The position numbers were made by a program, and so were the translations under genes. This document shows, piece after piece, positions 37,728 through 47,960 of a DNA stretch of 64,000 nt; the stretch's first letter is position 1, and each line of letters starts with the position of its first letter. The notes under the pieces were generated by a model. The model did no database searches, was not told the DNA's origin, and saw only the letters and a list, made by a program, of their open reading frames with translations. The stretch covers positions 89,965-153,964 of the forward strand of contig JAOUBX010000001.1 in NCBI GenBank assembly GCA_029860075.1. Reading direction: 5' to 3'. The stretch comes from Deltaproteobacteria bacterium. Its GTDB lineage: Bacteria > Desulfobacterota > JADFVX01.

Positions 37728-38777
37728 ATGAATATTAGAATTGCCTCACTTGAGGACAGACATGAATGGGATGCTTATATAGGGAATTATGAGGGCTCAT
37801 CGCCTTATCACCTTTTTGGCTGGGGGCTTGCCGTAAAAGAGGCTTACAGGCATGAACTTTATTATCTCATGGCAGAGGAGGACGGGCATATTGTCGGCCT
37901 TTTACCTTTAGTCTATATGAAGCCTCCTCTCTTAAAAGGGGAACTTGTGTCTCTTCCTTTTTGTGACCAGGCGGGTATTTTGGCGGAAGACGAAGCTGTT
38001 AGGGCGGCGCTGACGGCGGAGGCCTTTGCGCTGGCCAAAAAAATGTCCCTTAAACATGTCGAGTTGAGAGAGTACGCTTCCCATGATGAGGACAAGGGCA
38101 GTCAATACAGGGTGACTTGCCGCAGAGATAAAGTACAGATGATTCTGGCCCTTCCCGGTTCTTCGGAAGGTCTTCTGGCAGGCTTTAAATCAAAATTAAG
38201 AAGCCAGATTAAAAAAGCGGAAAGAAACGGTTTGACCTTTAGCTGGTTGGATATCAGTGATTTTGAAAAATTCTACACCGTTTTCAGCGCCAATATGAAG
38301 GATTTAGGCTCCCCCGTTCATTCAAAAAAATGGTTTCTCGCGCTCATAAAGGCATTGGGGGAGGCTGCAAGAGTGGGTGTTGTTTATTATGGTGATATTC
38401 CTGTCGGCACGGGATTTATCTTATGCCACGGAAAAAGGGTATCAATTCCCTGGGCCTCTACAAGGCGGCAATATAACTATTTGTCTACCAACATGCTTTT
38501 GTACTGGAATATGTTAAAGTTTGCCGCCGACAATGGTTATGGAGAATTCGATTTCGGAAGATCGACTCCCGGAGAAGGAACCTATAAATTCAAGGCCCAA
38601 TGGGGCGCCGAGCCTTGTCGGCTAAGCTGGAAATATATCCACCTTGAAGAAAAAGAGCGTCATGAAGGTTCCGCTTCGAAGGGTTATAGAGAAATCGTTG
38701 AGAAGATCTGGCAAAAGATGCCCCTTTCACTGGCAAATACCATCGGCCCTGTTGTAAGGAAATATATCAGCTTGTAA
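37728..38777 (+). CDS. FemAB-family protein (PEP-CTERM-system-associated acyl/aminoacyl transferase fold).
   Basis: HEWDAYIGNYEGSSPYHLFGWGLAVKEAYRHELYYLMA matches FemAB/GNAT-like family starts. Genomic context agrees with the pepcterm_femAB family. Confidence 0.7.
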   Translation: MNIRIASLEDRHEWDAYIGNYEGSSPYHLFGWGLAVKEAYRHELYYLMAEEDGHIVGLLPLVYMKPPLLKGELVSLPFCDQAGILAEDEAVRAALTAEAFALAKKMSLKHVELREYASHDEDKGSQYRVTCRRDKVQMILALPGSSEGLLAGFKSKLRSQIKKAERNGLTFSWLDISDFEKFYTVFSANMKDLGSPVHSKKWFLALIKALGEAARVGVVYYGDIPVGTGFILCHGKRVSIPWASTRRQYNYLSTNMLLYWNMLKFAADNGYGEFDFGRSTPGEGTYKFKAQWGAEPCRLSWKYIHLEEKERHEGSASKGYREIVEKIWQKMPLSLANTIGPVVRKYISL

Positions 38778-38792
38778 TAAGCTTCCCTTTTT

Positions 38793-39608
38793 ATGGTAAG
38801 AATGACGAAAAATAATACTCAACTATCGCTGATCATTTTATCCTGGAATTCAAGGCATCATATTGAGAGATGTTTGCCCTCTCTTTTAAGCGCTCTTGAT
38901 AAGCCGGAAGTGAAGGCTGAAATCTTTATTGTCGATAACGGTTCTACAGACGGCTCGGTAGAACTTCTGAAAAACTATGAAAAAGACCATGAAGGAATCA
39001 TTAAGCCAATATACCTGGACAGCAACAGGGGAACGACCTATTCCCGCAACCTGGCCCTTAAAGAGGCTGCAGGCAAATATATTGTCATTATGGATTCGGA
39101 CGTCGAACTGCGTGCTAATATCATGGAGCGTTTGATCCATGTCCTGGAAAGTGAGAAAAATGCCGGGCTGGTTGTGCCCCGCCTGGTTTACGGGAATGGC
39201 TCGCTTCAAAAATCGACAGATACTTTCCCCACGCTCTGGAGAAAGATATTCCGTTATTTTTTTCTAAAAAAGATTGAAAACAGGGAAGATAAAAAGCCCG
39301 AAGAGGAAAATATTAGAAAAGTGGATTATGCAATATCTGCTTTCTGGCTTTTTCGAAAAGAGGTTTTAAGGGACGTCGGGTTTTTGGATGAAAAAATATT
39401 TTATGCGCCTGAAGATGTTGATTATTGTCTCAGACTATGGAAAAAAGGGTATGAGATTTTGTATGTGCCCCATCTTTATGCCGTCCATCATGCCCAGGAA
39501 ATTTCAAGAGGTTTTAAATTCAACAAAGCCATGAGAGAACATATTAAAGGGCTTATTTATTATTTTGTAAAACACAGGTATTTTTTCCAAAGACCAAAGT
39601 TTTATTAA
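38793..39608 (+). CDS. Glycosyltransferase family 2.
   Basis: LSLIILSWNSRHHIERCL ... IVDNGSTDGS ... DSD motifs of the GT-A fold. Confidence 0.85.
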   Translation: MVRMTKNNTQLSLIILSWNSRHHIERCLPSLLSALDKPEVKAEIFIVDNGSTDGSVELLKNYEKDHEGIIKPIYLDSNRGTTYSRNLALKEAAGKYIVIMDSDVELRANIMERLIHVLESEKNAGLVVPRLVYGNGSLQKSTDTFPTLWRKIFRYFFLKKIENREDKKPEEENIRKVDYAISAFWLFRKEVLRDVGFLDEKIFYAPEDVDYCLRLWKKGYEILYVPHLYAVHHAQEISRGFKFNKAMREHIKGLIYYFVKHRYFFQRPKFY

Positions 39609-39632
39609 TTGCAGATCAGGTAACTATATTAA

Positions 39633-40757
39633 ATGCAACGGAAAGTAAATGTGCTGCAACTGGGCAGCCCCTCCGGTCTTTATGGCGCAGAAATGTGGAT
39701 AATCGCGCTCATTAAGCACCTTGATCCTGAAAAAATACGTTCTTATGTCGCTTCAATAAGGGATGAAGCCGGAAGTGATGTTCCGCTTTGCGTCAAAACG
39801 GAAAAACTCGGTTTTTCAAGCTGCATTATTGAATCTTACGGGAGGGTCAACTTTTCAGGCGTAAATAAACTCCGGGCCTTTATTAAAGAGAATGCAATAG
39901 ATATTTTGCATACCCATGGCTACAAAACGGACCTGACAGGACTTTTCGCTGTCAGGGGGACTTCATGTAAAATTGTAACGACCCCCCACGGCTGGACAAA
40001 GGACCCTGATCTTAAATTATTAGTATATGAAATGATTGATCGTCTTGCTTTCCCCCTTTTTGACGCCGTTGTTCCCCTTTCTCATGATCTTTTCTCTTCA
40101 TTAAGGCGCATTCCGGGTTTGAAGGGTAAACTGCATCTGGTAAATAACAGTGTTGATACGAGCGAGATTAATGAAGTATCCTCCGTAGCTTCAGAGATAT
40201 CCTCTCTGAAAGAAGGAGGGGCATTTGTCATCGGTTATATCGGCCGCCTGACTCCCGGAAAGGGTCTCGACGTATTGATTAAATCTGTTGCTCACCATGG
40301 CGAACCGAACTGGCATGTGGCAATTATTGGAGAGGGTGAACAGGAAAAGGAACTGAAATCAATGGTCATGGAATTAAACTTGACTGATAAAGTGACTTTT
40401 TTCGGTTTCAGGCCCGACCGGCTTGCTTTTCTGAAAGGTTTTGACCTCTTTGTTTTACCTTCCCGTTCGGAAGGTATTCCACGGTGTATTATGGAGGCAA
40501 TGGGGGCCGGTGTCGCTGTTGTCGCTTCCGATATTCCCGGTTGCCGTTATCTTGTGGAAAATGAAAAGACGGGGCTTTTGTTCGAAACAGATAATCCTGC
40601 AAGCCTGGCCTCTGAAATTAAAAAAATACAATCTCATCATGGCTTGAAGCAGGCCTTCAGTGATGAGGGAAAGAAAAAAATTAATGCGAAATTTTCTGCG
40701 GCCCGAATGGCGCGGGAATATGAAGAACTTTTCCTTGAGCTGGCTGAAAGAAGGTAA
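39633..40757 (+). CDS. Glycosyltransferase family 4 (GT-B; exosortase-locus sugar transferase).
   Basis: C-terminal FVLPSRSEGIPRCIMEAMGAGVAVVASDIPG, the EX7E-like GT4 motif. Confidence 0.85.
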   Translation: MQRKVNVLQLGSPSGLYGAEMWIIALIKHLDPEKIRSYVASIRDEAGSDVPLCVKTEKLGFSSCIIESYGRVNFSGVNKLRAFIKENAIDILHTHGYKTDLTGLFAVRGTSCKIVTTPHGWTKDPDLKLLVYEMIDRLAFPLFDAVVPLSHDLFSSLRRIPGLKGKLHLVNNSVDTSEINEVSSVASEISSLKEGGAFVIGYIGRLTPGKGLDVLIKSVAHHGEPNWHVAIIGEGEQEKELKSMVMELNLTDKVTFFGFRPDRLAFLKGFDLFVLPSRSEGIPRCIMEAMGAGVAVVASDIPGCRYLVENEKTGLLFETDNPASLASEIKKIQSHHGLKQAFSDEGKKKINAKFSAARMAREYEELFLELAERR

Positions 40758-40799
40758 TTCTATTTGATGATATTTGAAAATAAAAACAGGGATTGACAA

Positions 40800-41609
40800 A
40801 TGATTATTTTAACAGGGGCAAATAGTGATAAGGCTAAAGATGATGCCGGTAATATTTACAGGAATTTCAGCTTTAGAGGCGTTATCGGTGAAACCGTTGA
40901 AAAGGCGGAAAGCCTGGGTTACAAGCCCGTCGTATACGACCTTGGAAACCTCGGCAGGGGAGAACCTTTTTCGGTGCACGATGAGTCCTTTGCAGAAAAA
41001 GGTTACTATGAGAGGGATGTTCAGGGATCTTATAAGTCCAAGTCACTTTTTAAACCTGAAATGGTTAAATATTGTATGAAGCAGTATGACGATTTGGTGG
41101 TCTATCTCGATGGCGATGCGCAGCTGCTCGATAATATTGATGAGGTAAAGAGTGATGATTACGATATTGGAGTGACACTGCGCGATGCCTCGGAACTGGA
41201 AAATGAATGGCACCAGGAACATTTTGAAATTGTAAAATATGTTAATGCCGGTGTTATTTTTTTTAATAACACAAAAGGCACAAAAGATTTTCTCGACTTA
41301 TGGACCAAAGCGACGGATGACGTCGGTAATGACCAGAAAGCATTGAATAAATTGACTTGTCCCGATGATTATCCGGAACCTTACAGCGTTCATGTCGTTA
41401 ATGGCTTTCGGATCAAGTTTTTTCCCTGCAAAGCCTATAATTATTATTACTTTGAAGAGGGATGGTTCCCAAATGTAAAAATATTGCACTTTAAAGGACC
41501 GGTGCGTCATTTTTATCCCTTTAACCGGAAGAAAAGGCTCTATTGCGCATCTGTTATTCCTGTAAGAAATAAACTGAGGGACTTCATAAAAAAAATCCTT
41601 CCTTCATAA
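40800..41609 (+). CDS. Putative nucleotide-diphospho-sugar transferase (GT-A-like, DxD).
   Basis: VVYLDGDAQLL DxD-like motif and the overall pattern resemble GT8/mannosyltransferase-like enzymes. Weak. Confidence 0.45.
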   Translation: MIILTGANSDKAKDDAGNIYRNFSFRGVIGETVEKAESLGYKPVVYDLGNLGRGEPFSVHDESFAEKGYYERDVQGSYKSKSLFKPEMVKYCMKQYDDLVVYLDGDAQLLDNIDEVKSDDYDIGVTLRDASELENEWHQEHFEIVKYVNAGVIFFNNTKGTKDFLDLWTKATDDVGNDQKALNKLTCPDDYPEPYSVHVVNGFRIKFFPCKAYNYYYFEEGWFPNVKILHFKGPVRHFYPFNRKKRLYCASVIPVRNKLRDFIKKILPS

Positions 41610-41684
41610 GAATGTTTACTGTGGTCATTATATTTCCCCGTATTTTATATACAGAAACCCTTATAGTTTAGCCGGAATTCTAAA

Positions 41685-43124
41685 ATGGAACCATTAGCCC
41701 TCTGCAAATCTTTTTTTGAGGCCCTAAACAGTGAAAACGTCAGGTATTGCCACTGGAAAAGTAACGGTCACCTTTTGAAAGCCCTTTGCGGCAAGACCGA
41801 CCTCGATATCCTTGTTCACAGGGATGATAAAAAGGACTTTGAGGAAATTCTCAAGGCACATCCTTTTAAAAAGATTATTTCCCCTCCTGAAAAACAGTTT
41901 GAGGGGATGGAAGATTACCTGGGCTTCGATGAAGCGACGGGAAGCTTTATTCACCTGCATGTTCATTATCAATTGATACTGGGCCAGAAATATATCAAGA
42001 ATCATCATTTGCCCCTGGAAGACCTGTTTTTCGGCAATCTTGTAAAGGCCCATAACCTGTATATTCCCTGCCCTGAAATTGAACTGATTATGCTTGTCAT
42101 CAGGGCGCACATGAAAACAGACCTTTTGTCGCTGGCCAAACATGCCCTGAAAGATTTGATTTCCACAGGGTACACGGCTTTCCCCGCTGATATTGAAGAT
42201 GAATTCAGAGCACTCATATCAAAAAGTGACAGGGCTAAAGTGATAAAGCTTTTACATGAAAGCAAGCTTCCCCTGAGGGAAAGCCTTGTCAGCGAATTTA
42301 TCAAAAGATTTTCGGAAAAAAAATTAACCTTTTATCAAATCTTTTTTACCCAGGTGGAAATACTGAAGAGCCTCAGGGATTTCAGACGGCGAAAGAGTCT
42401 CCTCGTCTATTTAAGCTATTTCTCTTTTTACCTGTCTGAGCTTCCGCTTTCAGGTAAAGTCAAGGCGCATAAAAAAAAGACACTCGAAGGGGAGGGGAAG
42501 ATCATTTCACTTGTCGGCGCAGACGGATCGGGCAAGTCCACCTTAATTAAAGACCTGGAAAAATGGCTGTCCTGGAAACTCTCTGTTAAACGCTATTATT
42601 ACGGTATCCCCAAAAATAAGGTAAGCAAATTAAATTCTTTCCTTGTGAGGGGATTTAATAAGCTGGGCCTCTCTTTTATTGCCTCTTTTATTGAAAAGCT
42701 TTTCTGGATTTACGTGGCGAGAAAAAGGTATTTAATTGCCATAAAATCCCGAAAAGACGTGAGGCGCGGACAGCTTGTTATTACCGACCGTTTTCCTTTA
42801 AAAGATTTTCATGACATGCCCGAGCCGATGGATGGCCCCAGGGTTCATCTTTCCCCTTCCCATTCGCTTGCAGGAAAGCCTTTAACAGCTCTTGAAGCCC
42901 GTTATTATAAAAAGATTGACTATCCTCATCTGATTTTTGTGATCCAGGTTGAACTGGAAGAATTAAGAAGACGAAAGTCCGATCTGCCTATAGAGGTTCA
43001 CAGGGTTAAGGCCGATGCCGTTAACCGTTTAAAAGAGAGTGCCCCTGTTTTTCCGGTAAACGGGAACCGGCCATATGATGAAGTGCAATTGGCCGTTAAA
43101 CGAAAAATATGGGAACTTATTTAG
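41685..43124 (+). CDS. Hypothetical protein with a C-terminal P-loop kinase-like domain.
   Basis: Walker A LVGADGSGKSTLI, then a DRFP segment reminiscent of thymidylate- or nucleoside-kinase-like folds. The N-terminal 260 aa are unassigned. Confidence 0.5.
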   Translation: MEPLALCKSFFEALNSENVRYCHWKSNGHLLKALCGKTDLDILVHRDDKKDFEEILKAHPFKKIISPPEKQFEGMEDYLGFDEATGSFIHLHVHYQLILGQKYIKNHHLPLEDLFFGNLVKAHNLYIPCPEIELIMLVIRAHMKTDLLSLAKHALKDLISTGYTAFPADIEDEFRALISKSDRAKVIKLLHESKLPLRESLVSEFIKRFSEKKLTFYQIFFTQVEILKSLRDFRRRKSLLVYLSYFSFYLSELPLSGKVKAHKKKTLEGEGKIISLVGADGSGKSTLIKDLEKWLSWKLSVKRYYYGIPKNKVSKLNSFLVRGFNKLGLSFIASFIEKLFWIYVARKRYLIAIKSRKDVRRGQLVITDRFPLKDFHDMPEPMDGPRVHLSPSHSLAGKPLTALEARYYKKIDYPHLIFVIQVELEELRRRKSDLPIEVHRVKADAVNRLKESAPVFPVNGNRPYDEVQLAVKRKIWELI

Positions 43125-43170
43125 TAACTGCCCCTTTGATTGCAGATGGGCTGAAAGTTAGAGAATATAA

Positions 43171-44520
43171 ATGTTTTATGCTTTAGGCTTCCTTTTAATA
43201 AATTTCGCCAGTTACTTTCTCGCCATTTCGAGAGGACCTTTCTGGGGATTATTCGCCTATATGAATATCTATTTCAATTCCCCTCAGGAAATTATAAACT
43301 GGTGGACTCTCTACCTGCCCTTTCACCGCTGGAGCCTGCTCACATCGCTTGTCCTTTTTGTTTCATTGGCCATTCACTGGGGCAAGACCTCGGACCATAA
43401 GTTTAGAAATGCCAGGTGGGTCTATGTATTTTTAGCGCTAAGTGCTGTGGTATGTTTTACAAATGCCTTTAACCCCAAAGATGCAAACCAGTATTTATAT
43501 TCTCTTTTAACCTATTCGATTATTGTTTTCATCCTCATAAAAAGCATTACCTCTGTCGATCAATTCCGTTTATTCTGCCTGAGCGCTATCGTTTTTGCCG
43601 CCGGCCTTTCAGTTAAGGCCTACCTGACAGGCAAGCGCGTGCATGCCAGGCTGGAGTACGGCGGTTCTGCCGACGCCTACGGATCGAATGAATTTTCATT
43701 GCTTCTGGCAGGAATTATTCCATTGATGCTGCCTTTTTTTAAAAGTGGAAAACCCTATGAGAAGATTATCTGCATATTGTCTCTCCCTTTTTTATTAAAT
43801 GCCTTGGTCCTTTGCAACAGCCGGGGTTCTTTTATTGCCTTTGCAGGGGCCATCGTCATCGCCACAATCATCTCTTTTGACAAGGAAATTACCAGATATT
43901 TCCTGGTTTTACTTATGCTGGGCCTTCCTTTGCTGCTTTATTTATCGGATGAATATTTTATAGACAGGCTCTCTTCTCTCGTCGGTGCAGACGAGGCCAT
44001 AGAGAGTGTCGAGGGAGCAAGAGAACTTTCCAGCGGAAGAACGGAGATATGGTCTTACGGGATCGACATGGCCGGGGACAACCTTTTTGGCGCCGGACCT
44101 AATGCATTTAAAGAGTTGGCCCGCTTCTACATGCCGGAAGAGGTGTTGACATTTCATCCCGGTGCAAAGTATGGCGTCCGTTCAGCGCACAACACTTATT
44201 TGCAGGTCCTCGTTGAGCAGGGGGTTTTGGGGTTCATTGTATGGATCGCCATGTGTCTGCATAGCTACCTGTTGATCGTTAAGTCTTTTAACCGGGTGAA
44301 AAGGGTGGACCTGGATTCGCAGTTCTGGAAGTTTTCGCTTTTTGCTTTAAACATTTCCTTTGCTTCCATAATGATCGGCGGCCTGGTTAATTCGAGAGTG
44401 TATTATGAGTTTTTCTGGTGGCAAGTTGCCCTTATTGCCGTGGTAACGTCACTTGTTAGCAGGGAAATTGAAGATAAGGTTAATCCTGTTGATGAGAATG
44501 ATGAAAAGAGGATTTACTGA
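43171..44520 (+). CDS. O-antigen ligase/polymerase family membrane protein (Wzy_C; exosortase-associated O-glycosylation ligase type).
   Basis: About 10 TM helices and an SRGSFIAFAGAIV segment typical of the Wzy_C domain. Periplasmic loop before the last helices. Confidence 0.8.
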   Translation: MFYALGFLLINFASYFLAISRGPFWGLFAYMNIYFNSPQEIINWWTLYLPFHRWSLLTSLVLFVSLAIHWGKTSDHKFRNARWVYVFLALSAVVCFTNAFNPKDANQYLYSLLTYSIIVFILIKSITSVDQFRLFCLSAIVFAAGLSVKAYLTGKRVHARLEYGGSADAYGSNEFSLLLAGIIPLMLPFFKSGKPYEKIICILSLPFLLNALVLCNSRGSFIAFAGAIVIATIISFDKEITRYFLVLLMLGLPLLLYLSDEYFIDRLSSLVGADEAIESVEGARELSSGRTEIWSYGIDMAGDNLFGAGPNAFKELARFYMPEEVLTFHPGAKYGVRSAHNTYLQVLVEQGVLGFIVWIAMCLHSYLLIVKSFNRVKRVDLDSQFWKFSLFALNISFASIMIGGLVNSRVYYEFFWWQVALIAVVTSLVSREIEDKVNPVDENDEKRIY

Positions 44521-44523
44521 TCC

Positions 44524-45852
44524 ATGCTGAATATAAAGGCTCAATATCATAACTTGAAGAATAAGCTTGAAGATAAATTACTGAAAAGAATCGTAAAAAA
44601 TTCGGGCGTTATTTTATTCGGCAACTCGACGGCCGCAGGCCTGGGCATTATATCTTTTACCATACTGGCCGGCCAGGTAGGGCCCGAATCTCTGGCTATT
44701 TTAGTGCTTGCCCAGACATACGCCCTCATTATTAATGATATTTTTAATATACAGACATGGGAGTCAATGGTTAAGTTCGGCGCTTCTGAATTAAAATCAG
44801 AGCGAATCAAAAATGTGATTAAAACGAATTTGATACTGGATTTTGCCAGCGCAATTATTGCATTTGGCTTTGCCCTGATGCTTGTAAAAACGGTGGGCCG
44901 CCTTTTGGGCTGGCAAAGCTCTTTTTTCCCTTTTTTGTCTCTATACAGCGCTAGCATTCTTTTTAATATAACGACCCTTACCATAGGAATTCCCAGGCTT
45001 TTTAACAAGTTTGCTTCCATTGCAAAAATTCAGGTCGTCATGGCAGTTATTAAGCTTTGTGCCGTATTATATGCAATGGCAAGTTCGTCAACTTTTACGG
45101 TCTATATCTATATCTATTTAGTCGTCGATATTCTGACAAATTTATCCCTCAATATTTACAGCATAAGATTGCTAACGCAAAAATACGGCAGAACATGGAT
45201 AAGGGAGAAAATAGCTTTTGATAAAAACCAGCTGAAATTTATCTGGTGGACCAATCTTCGCACCATTATAAGGATTCCCGTGCGTCACCTGGATATGATT
45301 GTTATCAGTTCTGTTTTATCCGTCAAAATGGTTGGTATCTATAAAGTTTACAAAGAGATAGCAGGACTGATAAACAGGGTTGGAGAACCGATCAATCAGT
45401 CCATGTTCCCTGAATTTACAAAACTGATCGGCAGTAATAATCTCGGTGATGCTGCCGGTATAACCAAAAAAACCATGCTCATATTGCTGGGCGTCGGTTC
45501 TGCCGTTACTCTGGGTCTGCTCCTTACATCCAGATTTCTTGTGGGAACCTTTTTCGGAGAAGAATATCTTCAGGAAATATATGCCTTGTACCTGATGCTC
45601 TTCTTTTTTTCAATGAGCTTTATTACCGTTCCCATTAATTCCCTTTTCATTGCTGCCGGCTTTGCAAAGTATAGTTTTATGGTCCTGTTATTTACGAACA
45701 CTATTTATTTAATGACTCTTTTCAGCCTTGGTAAGTTAATAGGCATCTATGGTATTATTGCGGCATTTGCCCTTCAGCTGGTATTAAATAAGGGATTAAA
45801 GGTCTTTCTGCTGAAAAGATATTACCATGAATGGGGCACGGTTATCCGGTAG
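44524..45852 (+). CDS. Polysaccharide flippase (Wzx/MOP superfamily).
   Basis: 12-14 predicted TM helices. N-terminal KNSGVILFGNSTAAGLGIISFTILAG is typical of Wzx-like proteins. Confidence 0.8.
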   Translation: MLNIKAQYHNLKNKLEDKLLKRIVKNSGVILFGNSTAAGLGIISFTILAGQVGPESLAILVLAQTYALIINDIFNIQTWESMVKFGASELKSERIKNVIKTNLILDFASAIIAFGFALMLVKTVGRLLGWQSSFFPFLSLYSASILFNITTLTIGIPRLFNKFASIAKIQVVMAVIKLCAVLYAMASSSTFTVYIYIYLVVDILTNLSLNIYSIRLLTQKYGRTWIREKIAFDKNQLKFIWWTNLRTIIRIPVRHLDMIVISSVLSVKMVGIYKVYKEIAGLINRVGEPINQSMFPEFTKLIGSNNLGDAAGITKKTMLILLGVGSAVTLGLLLTSRFLVGTFFGEEYLQEIYALYLMLFFFSMSFITVPINSLFIAAGFAKYSFMVLLFTNTIYLMTLFSLGKLIGIYGIIAAFALQLVLNKGLKVFLLKRYYHEWGTVIR

Positions 45853-45880
45853 AGAGCATTTTTGCAGGTGAAAGGATATT

Positions 45881-46672
45881 TTGTACAGAGTTGAATTTAT
45901 AGGGCTTCCCGGCGCAGGCAAGAGTACCGTCAGAAAAGCCTTGATCGACAGGTTGAGGGCTGCTTCCGGCGACGGCAGGTATTTCACTGTGGAAGAAGCT
46001 TATCTTCATGGGGCAAGGTTAAATATGGATAAGGTTTTCAGATATTTTTTGAAGCTTCTGCCCGGTTCTGCGGCAATTAAGCTTTCAAATAAACTGGTTA
46101 ACCGGTCGCTTATGCATTTTGAGGCGCAAAACCGCTTTCTCGCAAATTATGGCAAGGCTTTAGGCGCTTTTTTTTCCTCACATGTTTTCAATGAAATGTC
46201 AATTGATGACAGGCAATCGGTGATTTCGGCTTTTCTTGAAGTGGGGGCATTTTACGAATCTGTTAATGCATTATCATTTAAAAACCCGGTCGTCTTTTTT
46301 GAAGAGGGCCTGGTCCAGAAATCTTTAATGTTCGTCTCCCCTTCAGGCAGCTACGGAAAAGACATGGTTAATCTGGAAACTTATCTCGATGAGATTCCCC
46401 TTCCTGAAATATTGATTTATGTCAAAAGCGATATTGAAACATGCTCCCGGAGAATGTTGAGCCGTCCTGAAGGTTTGACGAGACGGTTAAAAAATGCCGA
46501 TGCCGCTTTGATTTGTGAATTTTTGAAAAAAACGGACAGGCACTTGCAGGAAGTTGCCTCCCGGGCGAGCGGGAACACTTCCTGCGCTGTGATAGAAATT
46601 AATAATAATGGAAAGCTCGAAGATAATATTGATTGTCTTGAAAGAAGGATGAGAGAAATTACGAAAGCGTAA
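45881..46672 (+). CDS. P-loop NTPase of unknown function (possible sulfotransferase or kinase-like). TTG start.
   Basis: Walker A FIGLPGAGKSTV at the extreme N-terminus. No further family signal. Confidence 0.5.
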   Translation: MYRVEFIGLPGAGKSTVRKALIDRLRAASGDGRYFTVEEAYLHGARLNMDKVFRYFLKLLPGSAAIKLSNKLVNRSLMHFEAQNRFLANYGKALGAFFSSHVFNEMSIDDRQSVISAFLEVGAFYESVNALSFKNPVVFFEEGLVQKSLMFVSPSGSYGKDMVNLETYLDEIPLPEILIYVKSDIETCSRRMLSRPEGLTRRLKNADAALICEFLKKTDRHLQEVASRASGNTSCAVIEINNNGKLEDNIDCLERRMREITKA

Positions 46673-46686
46673 TTTGATAAAGGTCT

Positions 46687-47739
46687 ATGGGTAAGACAGT
46701 CAAAGAATATAACAATAATTATTCAATCCTTTTTGGTCTTTTATGTTTCGGCGTCGTCTATTTGCATTCAGACTGGGCCGGTGGTTTTGATATCTATACT
46801 TTTGGTGTTAAGAGCAGTCTTTTAAAAAAGTTATCTGCACTTCTTCTCATGTCCATTGTTCCTTCTTTTTTCATTTTATGGGGATATTTATCCTGTAAAT
46901 ATTTTTATTCTCATGAGAGGCCCCTGCAATTTTTAAAGAAAAAAATCATCCAGTTTTACCCGCTTTATTTTTTTTCTTTCACCATCAATATGGTGACCCG
47001 GTCAGATTATATGTTTGACCTTCCCCGGTGGAAGCTTGTTCTTGCTCTCATGGGCATGTATTACGAATCCGGCCTCTGGGGAGGGGGACATATTTTCCTT
47101 GTCGTGCTGGCTGTCATTATAACGATAAGCATTTTTAAGCTCTTTAATTTAAGGCGCAGGGGAATCTTTCTGTGCGGCATAATGGTTTTGATAGCGGCAA
47201 AAGCGCTGCCTCATGAATCGGACCTTTGTTATATAAAGTATTTCGGCTATTATGCCGCTTTTTTTCTTGGTGCCCTGTTAAAACATTATTCCGCATTTGA
47301 CGGCCCTCTCTATTTAAAAAATACTTTCGAAAGAGCGTTAATGCTGGCAATTATGGGTGTGGGCATGATGACGCCGCTTCTTAATTTCTTTAAAATCTAT
47401 GCTCTTGAAATTGAGTATAATCCCAATTCACCGGAGCAGCTCTTTTTCAGTGTTCTTCTTATCTATCTATTGTCAAGAATGCTGGACCGGCTGCCTTATC
47501 TGCGGGATCGCTTCTTTTTAGGCAAAGTTATTCACAAAATCGGAAATAATGCCTATGGCCACTTTATTTTGCAATCACATATTATTCGTCTCATTATCTA
47601 TTTAAATTCATTCCTCCTGGTAAACAAATTTGTTTTACAATTATTTATTATTATTTTTACCTCATCTATTGTCGTTTATCTGCTGCTGCCCATTTACAGG
47701 AGCACGGAAACACTTGTTTTCAAGGTATTGCCTTCATGA
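46687..47739 (+). CDS. Acyltransferase family 3 (membrane-bound O-acyltransferase).
   Basis: About 10 TM helices, a conserved His in the first helix region (VVYLHS), and the overall pattern of OatA/acyltransferase_3. Confidence 0.65.
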   Translation: MGKTVKEYNNNYSILFGLLCFGVVYLHSDWAGGFDIYTFGVKSSLLKKLSALLLMSIVPSFFILWGYLSCKYFYSHERPLQFLKKKIIQFYPLYFFSFTINMVTRSDYMFDLPRWKLVLALMGMYYESGLWGGGHIFLVVLAVIITISIFKLFNLRRRGIFLCGIMVLIAAKALPHESDLCYIKYFGYYAAFFLGALLKHYSAFDGPLYLKNTFERALMLAIMGVGMMTPLLNFFKIYALEIEYNPNSPEQLFFSVLLIYLLSRMLDRLPYLRDRFFLGKVIHKIGNNAYGHFILQSHIIRLIIYLNSFLLVNKFVLQLFIIIFTSSIVVYLLLPIYRSTETLVFKVLPS

Positions 47740-47960
47740 TTTGTGAGGAGTGCGCCAGGGAGCGTATCATTTAAGGGGTATGGACAGCTTCATGTTATAT
47801 TTAGTAAACTTAAAGGTATCTCTAAAAAATATTTTCCTGCTTCATTAAGGGGCAAAGTATTCAGGGCTTGACTTAAAGAGAGGGGGGGGGGGCATGTTTT
47901 CAGGTTTATCTTGCAGCGCCCTGTTATAGCGTTTTAATTTAAAATAAGAAGGACAACAAG

